From Camelus ferus (taxonomy: Eukaryota), in assembly GCF_009834535.1 (NCBI RefSeq), contig NC_045697.1, positions 55,616,001-55,680,000 on the forward strand: a DNA stretch of 64,000 bases. The letters run 5' to 3'. The notes under the pieces were generated by a model. It was not told the origin of the DNA and did not search any database. It was given only the letters and a program-made list of their open reading frames with translations. The translations under genes and the position numbers were made by a program. Positions 52,439 to 64,000 of the stretch are shown here, piece by piece; the first letter of the stretch is position 1, and every line of letters begins with the position of its first letter.

Positions 52439-52638
52439 TGTGCTATTAATATAGTACACCTAGCCATAGCTGATACTTAAATTTTACTTAATTGAAATTA
52501 GATAAACAATTCAGTTCCTGAATCCTACTAAATATGTTTCTAGTCATCAGTAGACACATCTGGCTAGTAAATAGCACAGTTCTAGCAAGCAATTACATGA
52601 CATTTCATCACTGCAAAAAGCTTTATTAGAAAGAACAG
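52439..52638. mobile_element. MER3-like hAT-Charlie fossil
   Basis: aattcagttcct..., acatttcatcactgcaaaaag; flanked by ctctagat / atctagaa, the Charlie-type 8-bp target. Confidence 0.7.
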
Positions 52639-52711
52639 ATCTAGAACATTTCAAGTATGACTCACATTTTAAAAGCTCTATCTACAAATATTTGAGGGAA
52701 AACATCTATTG

Positions 52712-54392
52712 CACAAGTTGATCTATAGATTTAATGCAATCCCAATCAAAATCAAGAAAGTTATTTTGTGTATATCAACTACTGATTCTGAACTTTGAAT
52801 AGAGAGGCAAAATACCAAGAAGAGCCAATACTATACTGAAAGAGAACTACAAGTTTATAAGACTATATTACCTGACTTCAAGTCTTACTACATAGTTACA
52901 GTAATCAAGACAGTGAGGTATTGGTGGAAAAAATAGACTAAGGATCATTGGAATGAACAAAGGGCACAGAAATAGACCCATATAAATATAGTCTACTGAT
53001 TTTTGAAGAAGGAGCAAAAACAATACAATGGAGAAGAGATAGTATTCTCAACCAATGGTTTTGAAATAACAAGACATTTGCATGGGAAAAAAAATAGAAA
53101 TCAAGACACAGACCTTACACCCTTCATAAAAATTGAGTTAAATGGATCAGAGACCTAAATGTGTCATGCAAAACTAAAAATGCCTACAAAATAACACAGG
53201 AGAGAATCTAGATGACCTTGGGTAGGGCAATGGCTTTAAACACATACCAAAAGCACCAATCCATAAAATAATTGGTTAGCTAGACTTCCTTAAAATGAAA
53301 AACCTTTGCTCTATGAAAGACAGTGTCAAGAGATTGAGAAGACAAGCCACAGACTGGGAGAAAATATTTGCAAAATACACGTGTAATAAAATACTGTTAT
53401 CCAAAATATATAAAGAACTCTTAAAATTCAACAATAAACAAACAACCTGATTAAAAAATGGGCCAAAGATATTAACAGGCACCTCACCAAATATATACAG
53501 ATGGCCAAACAACATATGAAAAAAATGCTCTACATCATATGTTATCAGGAAAATGCAAATCAAAACAATAATGAGGTACCACTCCACATATATTAGAATG
53601 ACTAAAACCAACAACATTGACAACATCAAGTGCTGATGAGGATGGGGAGCAACAGGAATGCTCATTTACTGCAGATGGGAATGTAATATGGTACAGCCGC
53701 TTTGGAAGGCAGTTTGGTAGTTTCTTACAAAACTAAATATACTCTTACCATACAATCTGACAATCATGCTCCTTGGTATTGATCCAAATGAGTTGAAAAC
53801 TTATGTCTACACAAAAACCTGCACATGAATGCAGGTTTATAGCATCCTTATTCATAATTGTCAAAACTTGGAAGCAATTGAGATGTCCTGAATGGATAAA
53901 CAAACTGTGGTACACCAACAAAGGGAAAAAGCTATCACGCTATTAAAAGGCATGGAGGAACTTTACAGGCATACTGCTAAGTAAAAGAAGACACTCTTGA
54001 AAGGCTAGATATTGACTTAGTTTAACTATATGACACTCTGGAAGAAGTAAAACCAAGGAAACAATAAAAAGATCTATGGTTGCCAGGTGTGGGAGAGGGG
54101 ATGATAGGTGGAGCACTGTGAACATAGTCCATATGATACCATAAGGATGGGTACACATCATACATTTGTTCAAACCCATAAATGTGTAACACCAAGAGTG
54201 ATACCATGGATTTGAGGTGATTATGATGTTTCATTACAGGTTCATCAAATTGTGGCAAATGTAGCACTCTGGTAGGGCATGTTGATAATGAGGGAGGTTT
54301 TGCATGGGTGAGGACAGAAGGTATGTAGGAAATACCTATATTCGTCTCAATTTTGCTACAAACCTGAAACTTCTCTGAAAAAGTCTTAAAAA
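52712..54392 (+). mobile_element. Old L1 3' portion (L1MC1/2-like)
   Basis: ORF2 C-terminus followed by catacatttgttcaaaccca...gttgataatgagggagg...tcaattttgct. Confidence 0.88.
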
Positions 54393-54769
54393 TATACTGT
54401 ATGAAATAATCCGTTACAAAGGAGGTATTTAAGTTATATGCACTGACTAATCTTTATATGCCCATTGTACATGCCCAGAAACACAACTTATATTTACTTC
54501 TTGAATTATCAATAAAAGCTCTCTTATCATCTGGTCACCTGTAAGTATTCCACTTCATTGGACATGGACACTAACTTACATGAGAAATCAGTATTTTTCT
54601 ATTTAAAAACTTATCTTCAGTTACTGTTTCTTAAATAATATAAATTCACTATTTGGTTAATAAAAGTCCTAGTCAGAAGCAAAGTCTTGGACAGAAATAA
54701 ATATGTCAGCTCTAAAAGTAACCAGATATTCAGAGAGGAAATAAGATGCTGGAGAAAATAAGAATCATC

Positions 54770-55395
54770 TTGATACCTCTAGGTGGGTGCAATCAGAGAA
54801 ACAAAAGCAGTAGGAGATATATGTTAAGGGATTTATTGAAAAGAATTGGCTTACATAACCCTGGAACTGGCCAGCCAAGTTTGAAATCTGTAAGGATGGG
54901 ACAGCAGGAAGAGCAGAAGGAAACTTTTGGGCACAAAATGAAGCTGCTATTTATGATCATAATTTCTTCTCATTCAGAGAAACCTTACCTCTGTTCTTAA
55001 GGCCTTTCAATTGATTGAATCAGGGCCACCCAGATTATCTAGGATTATCTCCTTAAAGTCAACTGATAATATACACACACTACTATATGTAAGATAGATA
55101 AACAAGGACCTACTGTATAGCACATGGAACTGTATTAGATATCTTGTAATAACCTATACTGGAAAAGAATCTGAAAAAGAATAAATACATGTATATGTAT
55201 AATTGAATCATTTTGCTGTATATTTAAAACTAACACAACATTGTAAATCAACTATACTTCAATAAAAAAAGGTCAACTGATTACGAACTTTCATCACATC
55301 TACAAAATACCTTCATAGAAACACCTAGATTGGTATTTGATTGGATAACTGAAACTGTAGCCTAGCTAAATTGACACATAAAACTGACTGTCACA
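54770..55395 (-). mobile_element. ERVL solo LTR (MLT2D-like), interrupted by an L1 3' end
   Basis: cagagaaacaaaagcagtaggagatat...aaggcctttcaattgattg...gtagcctagctaaattgacacataaaactgactgtcaca. Confidence 0.85.
55068..55268 (+). mobile_element. Short L1 3' end with TSD
   Basis: tt|aaagtcaactgat 55055-55067 / aaggtcaactgat 55269-55281; ends actatacttcaataaaaaa. Confidence 0.92.
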
Positions 55396-56114
55396 GTAGG
55401 GATTATAACTGCTGCCGGATTTTTAAAGATGACTCAGAAAAAAAGAATAAATTGAATATTCTAGTCTCATCATCACCTTTAACCTATGGGTTAGCACTAT
55501 AGAATATGTTTGTAAGGTGTTTTCCTAAATGTCTTGAAATGAAACACTGTAGAACACAATTCCTTTTATTATTCTATAGAACTTCTATCTCTAACAAAAA
55601 TATTGCAATTTAAAAGAGTTCTACTTTCTATACTTCTGAATTTGTTATAAATCTAAAAAAGATAAGCTTAATATTTACATAGGTAGAACCTTTTGCTTTA
55701 TATCTCTTTTCAAAATTCTCTTATTTCCTTAAAGTTAACTTAAAGATAATGTGTATTTCAAAATCCTTTGGCAGGAATTGAAAAACAATTTAAGGTGTTT
55801 CTTATTGATCCTCAGAACAATTTTAATCTATTTCTCCATATATTTTGGCTGAATGTACAGACAGAACAAACCAAAACTTGGACATCAAGACCTGAGACTA
55901 CTGGGAACATAACCCAGGACTATTATTTTAGCAATCTATTTTGTTTTATTTCTTAGAGATAAATGTTCTGATTATTCTTTTTCACTTAAATTTCATTTTT
56001 GACCAATGCAGTCTCATTTCACTGCAGTCTCAATTCTGATCTCTTTGTCCTCTAAAATAAGTTCAAAGTGAATGAAAAGAATACAATTCAATATTCATTA
56101 TCTCAAAGTATTAC

Positions 56115-56255
56115 TTCTTTTTAAAAACTTGACATTTGGTTGACTTAATATGGTGTCCAACACAGTGATTTGATATTTTTATAGATATAATTCGTATAAA
56201 GTTTTATAAAATATTGGCTATATTTCCTGTGGCTTCCAGTGTATCTTTGTATCTT
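56115..56255 (-). mobile_element. Short L1 3' end with TSD
   Basis: aaagtattac at 56105-56114 and 56256-56265; caacacagtgatttgatattt...aaatattggctatatttcctgtg. Confidence 0.75.
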
Positions 56256-57279
56256 AAAGTATTACCATTTTTAATCAAATAAAGCTTTTGTTCTATGACA
56301 ATGTACTTCCCAAAATTTATCAAAAATACAGGTGCTTATCAATCAACTTTCTAAATATACAGAAAAAATATCCTTTTATGAAAAGAGGGGCAAGGAGAAT
56401 AATAGTTACAAGAACAAATTAATTATTTTGGATTGATAAAGGAAAGTCAAAGTCATAATATTTAGCTTAGGGGTTTGAATCTCTGATTTGCCATTCCCTG
56501 ATGAAAACTATCAAAAAAAAAAAAAAACAACAAAACCCCAAAAAACTAGACACTTTTTTTTTTTTGTAACTTAGTCTCTCATTTTCAAGATAAAGAGTTT
56601 CTACTTTTAAAAGAGTGTTTTTTATTTAGACAAAAATGGTGGGGATCTCACCACTGAGTCTGAGATTTTTCTGTTTTGTTTTTCATTAATTTATACTTTT
56701 AAAACCATAATGTTTGAGAAACCAACTTTTTCAATTACCTTGTTTAATTTCATTGCTAAGTGGAATACATCAAGCAAAATACATCCTCTACCATCAAAAG
56801 ATCTCAGGTTAGCAAAAATGTTATATTTTTTTCACAGAAAAGTTATAGGTACTTAGAGTAACATGACAGAAAAAATAATACAATACTGTGAAATTTAATA
56901 ATCCTCTTAGTTTTAGAGGTGGGAATATGTAATATTTAGGATGAGAAAGATTTCCACTAGAAATGTTTTTCACAGTGGGTGTTAAATTTTAAAGAAAAGT
57001 ATAAAGTACTTACCAAGGCAAAAGTCAGGTTAGGAGAGAGTTCCTGGTATTGGACAAAGCATGTACTAAGGCCTAGGTTCAAGGAAGAACACAGTGTATT
57101 CAGAGTAGAGGATAGTTCTGTGATTAGAAGGTAGAACCTGAAGGAGTAAACCCCTCCTTCTCTTTAGGGGGCCTTAGTAGGAAATAAGGCCATAAAACTT
57201 ATAAATTACCTTATTTGGTTTGATGGGTAATTTATACTTTTATGATAAATATGATTTGTTACATTTGCAACGCCTGTGA

Positions 57280-59830
57280 GATGTCTATACATACCCTGGC
57301 TTCTCAGATCTTGTACCTCCTCACTCTAACAATCTCTTCATTCACCTAACCTCAACAAGATATTCCCAGAGTGATAACATAGACTATGTCATACCCAACT
57401 GAATTATCTGAAATTCAATTTCAAGCTTTGTACTCTATCACCCACTTTTTAGGCCACTTATTCTATTACTCCCAATTAAAAAAAATACATTTCAACTTTT
57501 TTCAGATATGCAAACCATTGACCTTGCTATTTTTCTGTTAATTTACCTTTTTTCTTATGTACCTTAGATCATTCGTACAGTATTACCATCATCCCCTGAT
57601 AAATAGCCCTATCTCCCTCAATTTCTTCATATTAGCTTGTGGTATTAGGGTAGTTTAATTTATACTATTCAATCAGTCTCTGTTTAAATCAGTCTCTGTT
57701 AGCTCCTGTCCTTGGTTCAAATAATAATAAGTCAAATAAATATTTATTCCTTGCAATTATTACATTTCTGTCACAGGTCCTTTAGGGTTTTGATGCATAA
57801 CACTTTTTTATTGAAGTATAGTTGATTTACAATATTATATTAGTTTCAGGTGCACAACATAGTTATTCAATATTTTTACAGATTATACTCCATTTGAAGT
57901 TATATTCCCTGTGATGTATAATTTATCTTTGTAATTTATTTATTTAATACACAGTAGTTTATGCCTCTTAATCCCCTACCCATATCTTGTTCCCCACTGC
58001 TTTGGTGCACCACTCTTTATTCCAGAACTCAAACTGTCAAAATCTCCAGTAACTATTGCAGAGAAAATATGAAATTAAGCTATAGCTCTTAGAGCTTCAT
58101 CCAGAAGTAATATATGTCAAATTTGCTTACATATCCAGAAAAAAGTCACATAATTACACTTATTTTCAATAGATAAGAAAGTACAACCTTACTAAGTATC
58201 TGAGAGGGGAGAAAATTGGAGTATTACTAAGAGCCCTAATGACTATCATGCCTGACCAAATCCAGCCTGGGTTAAACCCAGGTAGCTCCCTATTCTTTAT
58301 TTTCACTGTAACAGCTGAAAGCCCTGGGAAAATAGTAAAATAGAAAACTCAAAAGATAACTTTTTTCATTTAACATTTATGCCAAAAAATAACAAATGGG
58401 CACTTAACTTTGCCCAGGAACCCTGCTACACTTTCCTAAAATGTATAATTCTTCATTCTGCAAAATAACTATTTCATACTCTTGTCACTCTTTAAAATGC
58501 AACCTCTCTTACCTAACTCTGATGACCTTCTACACAAAGTTCGAAATTGTAAGCCTTCATTTAGGAATTATTTAATATTCTTATCTTAATATTTACTAAT
58601 TTGCCAATTATATCCTTCTTTCCTATTATAATGAAGGACTCATTTATGTAAAGCACAAGACCTCTACCTGCATCATGGATCCTGCTCCTAAAGCCTTGTA
58701 AAGAGATATTCTTCTCCATTTTCTTCCTTATCTTTTTCTTATCAGTTTTTCTCACTCTCCTGGATCATCCTCTCAGTAGGTCCCATATTTAAAATAATTA
58801 AAAACAAAACCAACAACAACCCCCCAGATCTCTGGACCGCCTGTCTATCTTCCATATAAACTGCATTTTTAGCTTCTCTTCACAGCAAAACTCTTTAGAA
58901 ACTGTTTTCTCTAGTGGAACTCCTCTCTTGCTCACTTCCCATTCTCTCCACAACCCACCCTTGGTTCGCTACATTCCCCTCGACTGCAAGACATTTTCTC
59001 CTCAAACTTTTCATCGGCTGCCTTGCTGTCCAGTCCTCATCTTATTTGACTTCTTCAACCACAACAGTGACTGTTACCACAGCCACTTCATCGAAAGATT
59101 TTTTTCTTTAGCTTTCCAGATTTTCTCTTATCTGAGTGACTTCCTTTTTGTAGGTCTCACCCACAGCTCTGCCACTAAATACTGAACCCCTGCGCCCCAT
59201 TCTCTTTCCTTGTTAATCCTTTTGATTGTTGGTATCATATGGTTATATGCCTTAAAATGCACACATTAAGCAAATTTTTAAAATTATCTCCCATCTTGAA
59301 CTTCACACTTGTTTATCCAGCTTAACATATCCATCTGATTACCTCTTAACATCTTCACTGAAGACCATGCAAATTATTACTCCTTGAGCTGTCTAATGTG
59401 AAACATAAAATGTCTACTATATCTAGGCTTAACAAATCCATAAAAGACCTCTTAACATTCAGCACTCTGTAATCTACTTTCCAAACAGTTTTTGTTTTTG
59501 TTTGTATCAGAAATAGCAACACCATTTACATTACCACTGAAATGTAAGACTAATATTCTTCTTTCTATCTTTTACTATAGTCTCAAATCAATTCAACAGA
59601 AAGTCTTAAGCACTCTATCCCAAACTATAACCAGAATCTGGCCACTTTAGAGGATTCCACTGTGGTATTCCTGCTAAGCCATCACCATCATTTTACTGAA
59701 TTACTCTAATCCAATCATTTTACTTACTGGGAATATTTTAAAAACATCAGAGTACACTATTCCTCTGTTAATATTCTACAATATATTCCCATTCTTCTTT
59801 CAATAAAATTCTAATTCTTACAGCTTCCTT
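57280..59830 (+). mobile_element. Dispersed L2 remnants, interrupted by a probable old MaLR LTR (~57640-58250) and an L1 end
   Basis: ttcacagcaaaactc, cagtcctcatcttatttgact, ccagaatctggccact, aagccatcaccatc. Confidence 0.55.
57804..57998 (-). mobile_element. Short L1 3' end
   Basis: ttttttattgaagtatagttgatttacaatatt...ttaatcccctaccc; diverged flanks tttgatgcataacac / tttggtgcaccac. Confidence 0.88.
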
Positions 59831-59850
59831 TCTTATCACATTCTTATTTT

Positions 59851-60012
59851 CATATTATTTAATTATTTTATTTTGTAGGAGGGGGTAGGGTAATTAGGTT
59901 TATCGATTTTTCTTAGAGGAGGTTCTGGGGATAGAACCCATGACATCGTGCATGCTAAGCACTAGCATGCTTAGCTTACAATGAGCTCTACCACTTGAGC
60001 TATACCCTCCCC
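59851..60012 (-). mobile_element. tRNA-derived SINE, camelid vic-1/ALPINE-like
   Basis: Minus strand ggggagggtatagctcaagtggtagagc (A box)...gggttctatcccc (B box)...taaacctaattacc and A-rich tail; 13-bp TSD acattcttatttt 59838-59850 / 60016-60028. Confidence 0.9.
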
Positions 60013-61369
60013 ACAACATTCTTATTTTTTGATTAAAAGGATCTGGACCTAATTAGATCTAATCTAGTTCTAACACTTAAGAGAGTGGTCTAATCTGGAA
60101 ATAAAATACTTGAAACATATTTGGAAATAGATACATCCTTCCACTAGTTTTTATGTATGTGTTTTTCAGGTTTGTACATTAATAATTTGTTGCATTTTTT
60201 AATGTCCTCATTTTGCTTTTCCCTCATCCCACTTCTGGCTCAGAATGAATGAATGAGCAAACAAATGAATAAATAAATAAATGCCTCAGTAATTTTTTAA
60301 CCAAAACAACAACATACCTACTTTTTAATATGGGGATGTGATAAATAGATAAATAAGTATAGCTGAATGTATTACTACAATGTAAAGTTTTTTAAAAAGA
60401 AAGTGACAATGATCAAACATTTCCCCCATTTACAGGAATGTGCACAGAAGGAGAGAGAGGGGAGAAAAGGAGAGGAAGAAGGACAATAGCACAGACAGTA
60501 ACAATGCATGTACTGAAAAGTAGCAGTGATGGGTACGGAGTGAGAAAAGAATCCATTCTCTTTCCGCCTCCTTATCTCCCATAGTTCTGGGTAGCCAAAA
60601 GAAGCTCATGAAATTGAACCTGTCATTTAATATAGTCAGATCTGTTTCATCATCTTCATTTTTTCTCCCCTTTGTGCTTTAGAGAGAAATAAATTAGCAA
60701 TAAATCTGCTTATCCTCTTAATTGGTTAGATCTAGCATGTCTGCAAGTAGCAATGCCAGAATGTATAGTAGTTGAGTGGCTCCTCCTTTGTAATAAAGCT
60801 GTCAGGGCTGACATCCCCAGATTCATGGTCTCCTCCTTCCTCCTTCTTTAGCAGGGTGAGGGGATTATGCAGATGAGTCATAACACTGTGTCTGCCTAGG
60901 AAATCTTGTCTTGTGTGCTTGGCATACTCTGAATTTATTTCTATACCACTGAATTCCCACAGCTCAGAACTGTGTCTAGGGGATAAACACCTTAACAAAG
61001 CTGTTTAGCAGCTCCACTAAATGGTTTTGGCAGGCACAAACTTTTTGAGTAGATGGGAAAAAGCTTCCTCTCCCACTCTTTTCTTCTATTTGTCCTTATT
61101 CAAGTCTCTCTCTTTCTGTATTTCTCTTTTCTCTTTCTCTTCTGTTTCTTCTTTAACTGTCTTTCTCTCCATCTCTCTCCTCTGAGAACGTGAATTTTTT
61201 TTTCAAATTATATGTAAACATTAAGATAATTTCTTAGAACACCTTCCCTTAAAGTGACCAATTTTTTTTTTTTTTTTTTTTGGCCTTGCTAGCTCAGAGA
61301 GAACACAGAAGAAAGATATTAGGAATGGGGCAGGGGGTTAGCCACCTAATAATCATTAGTCAGTCTCAG

Positions 61370-61615
61370 ATTACAAAAGGCCTTTAAAACTATGGTTCAG
61401 AGTTAAAATTTTATTCTCAGCATGATGGAGATCTTTATAGGATTTTCAGCAGAAAAGATACACACTTTGATTTATATTTAAAAATATCAGCTTTGGCTTT
61501 AAGTGTACAAAGAATAGTCTACAGTGGGTAGAGGGTAAGAATGGAAGCAGAGAGAAACTAGGATGCTAACACAGAAGTCTGACATAGACAGGATCGTGGC
61601 TAGGACACAGGTGCT
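61370..61615 (-). mobile_element. L2 remnant
   Basis: attttattctcagcatgatgggag...ggattttcagcag...aagaatggaagcagagaga. Confidence 0.7.
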
Positions 61616-62859
61616 GTTCTTTCTGCCAATCTGTCTTCTTTCCTCAGTTTCAAATCGTTAAATGTCTTACAAATAATTTTTTCTTACTTTCTGAGAAGAG
61701 AATCCATTGTAAGTGGGTCTTAAACTCACCCTTCTTTACTCTTCCATTGTTTCCCTGTGGATGTTATAGTTTTTCAGGCATTTTTTCAAAAGTTGTTCTA
61801 CTTTAGAGCTCAGTGGAGTACTTTTATTTGCAACCATTTCCTCAGCATCTCTTATTTCATATAATTCTTTACAGCCTCTAAATCTTTCCTTGAATACAAG
61901 AGATTCAATTTAAAGTAGGATCTCAAGTTTTCTCCAAGGTAAAATCAGACATTGGAGTCATACTACTCAGTCTAAATTTGGAATTAATCCTTATTTTACA
62001 TTAGAGTCAAGCACTCTAAATCCTCCTGATAACACCAGCCTACAGAAAATGAAGTGAGATGTTAGGATTGATCTGTAGTGGTTTTGCCCAGATGATTCAC
62101 TCAGTGGCATTCTGTCAATTTATTTTTATCTAATGAGGAAATAAATGTCTATGAAGGCATTTTATTTGGTATTTTCCAGCGTATTACTTTTAACACTCCT
62201 AGATATAACATATCAAGCACACACGCATAAAAAAAAGTAGTTATGTTTCAAGCCTTTTAGTATAAAATAGTTAAATTTACCATCTAGAGAAATTGTGAAC
62301 AAAATGTTTGAATGGTCAGTAAACCTAATATTTGAATAATATGTTATTTCATATATGTCTTAGAAATTTAAAATTTCTTTTGATCAAGGCTTTTTTAGAT
62401 ATTAAGCCATGTACCAAAACTGACCTAATCATATATAATCCTCATTTAAGACTAATAAATTAAATTAGGATCTCATACTTTAAGGTTATTAGATTAACTA
62501 TGAAATTGCCACTTTGTGTAGGTCAAAATGTTTTGATATTGTCAATTTAAATTGATTCAAACTATATTTATATAGACAGATTATGAACTGAATCAAATAC
62601 ATGTATAGGAAATACTTCTAACAGGCTCAATTTAAGATTTTGTGCAAACTGATAAAAATATACAATAAAAGATACTTCTAGGTAGATATGGAATTCTGTG
62701 AACTTATATCTCTCACACTTTATTTGATGGATGTTACCTTATGTCTAAGAATACTCTCTCCACTCAGAATAGCTCTTAAATCCTAGAATCAACAGGGTCC
62801 ACTCTTTTTTTCTTTTGTTGTTCATATAAATTTAACTGCTGCTCTACAATATATATCTA

Positions 62860-63880
62860 TCGTTAGGTATGTCTGTCTTCCCCAAGCCAAACCATGTATT
62901 TAATTCTGCAATACATCCTTTTAGGTTGTCTGCAGGTATTTTAAATTTAATATATGAAGAATAACCATTTTTCCCCCCAATAACATTTTCTGCCACGTTC
63001 TTTCAAGCCTTGGATGGTGACAACACCAAGCGCCCAATCTAAAGACAAACATTCTTGATGTCAACCTGTACTACAAAGCTACAGTAATCAAAACAGTATG
63101 GTACTGGCATAAAAACAGACACCTAGATCAATGCAACAGGATAGAAAGTCCAGAAATAAACCAAAGCGCTTACGGTCAATTAATCTATGACAATGGAGGG
63201 AAGACTACACAATAGAGAAAAGACAGTCTCTTCAATAAGTGGTGCTGGGAAAACTGAACAACTACCTGTAAGAGACTAAAATTAGAAAATTCTCCATCAT
63301 CACATACAAAAATAAACTCAAAATAGGTTGAAGGCTTAAATATAAGACCAGATACTTTAAAACTCCTATAGGAAAACATAGGCAAGAACACTCATGGACA
63401 TAAATCACAGTATTATTTTTGGACCAGCTCTTGGAGTAATGGAAATAAAAGCAAAAATAAACAAATGGGATCTAATTAAACTTAAAAGCTTTTGCACAAC
63501 TAAGGATACCATCAATAAAATGAAAAGACAACCTACAGAATGGGAGAAAATATTTTCAAATGACATGACCAACAAGGGACTAGGTTCTCTTTTCCTGACT
63601 TCCATTTCCAGTCAATAAACAAAATGTGCTCATTCTACCTCAGAAATGTATCTTAATTACTGACTCTTGTTTCTGCCTCCAGAGATATTGCCTCAGTTCA
63701 GGCCCTCATCATGTCTCTTCAGATTGTAACAAAGGACTCTTAATGGTGTTTCCCGAGACTAGGTAAAATTTCCTCTTCTGTTAAACTGATTAAACACGTA
63801 TCTTTTTATATAACCAAAAAAAAAAAAAAAAAAGATGATGTTATCAACCCTAAGATTAAAATTTTCTACTGGCTCTCTTT
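62860..63880 (+). mobile_element. L2 remnant split by an L1 fragment
   Basis: cattcttga|...|ttctcttttcctgacttccatttccagtc; ctcagttcaggccctcatcatgtctc. Confidence 0.6.
63053..63581 (+). mobile_element. Internal L1 ORF2 fragment with no 3' UTR or tail
   Basis: tactacaaagctacagtaatcaaaacagtatggtactggc...[14 protein letters not shown]...ccaacaagggacta. Confidence 0.92.
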
Positions 63881-63884
63881 TAAA

Positions 63885-64000
63885 AACAACTTTTTATTAA
63901 GATATAGTGGACATATTATATTAGCTTCATGTGTTCAACATACTGATTTGGTATTTGTATGTATTGTGAAATGATCACCACAGTAAGTCTAGTTGACATC
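63885..64000 (-). mobile_element. L1 3' end running out of the window
   Basis: actttttattaagatatagt...tattgtgaaatgatcaccacagtaagtctagttgacatc. Confidence 0.85.

Noticed and set aside
59915..60012. tRNA-Ala-like sequence as a tRNA gene
   Set aside because: It has a SINE body, A-rich tail and TSD, and the anticodon arm is disrupted
60872..60880. Isolated AP-1 site atgagtcat
   Set aside because: Single motif, expected by chance in 64 kb
1..64000. A novel multi-gene system, CRISPR array or reverse-transcriptase-linked ncRNA module
   Set aside because: All RT and endonuclease coding sequence is ordinary LINE-1; I saw no repeat-spacer array, operon-like structure or host gene

Overview
AT-rich mammalian non-coding DNA dominated by transposable elements. 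It is most likely camelid: a tRNA-derived SINE at 59851-60012 matches my recollection of the camelid vic-1/ALPINE family. The window opens inside a young, nearly intact LINE-1 (ORF1 C-terminus, ~406-bp inter-ORF region, complete ORF2 with only three lesions, 3' UTR and tail; 1-5025). It continues through older L1 copies (L1MA/MC/MD-like, mostly + strand), MIR and L2 remnants, MaLR/ERVL solo LTRs, and hAT and Tigger fossils. Almost every long ORF in the supplied track is L1-derived or its antisense shadow. I found no recognisable host gene, RNA gene or novel multi-gene system. The best observations are small-scale: a YADD rather than FADD RT motif and an 18-nt in-frame deletion in the young L1, an 18-bp tail-only insertion with a perfect 13-bp TSD, three tail-less internal L1 fragments, a 32-bp micro-inversion, a SINE with a new hairpin, and a bZIP-site cluster with exact 20-bp spacing. 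Repeat family names come from memory of consensus sequences, not from a search, and boundaries of old repeats are approximate.
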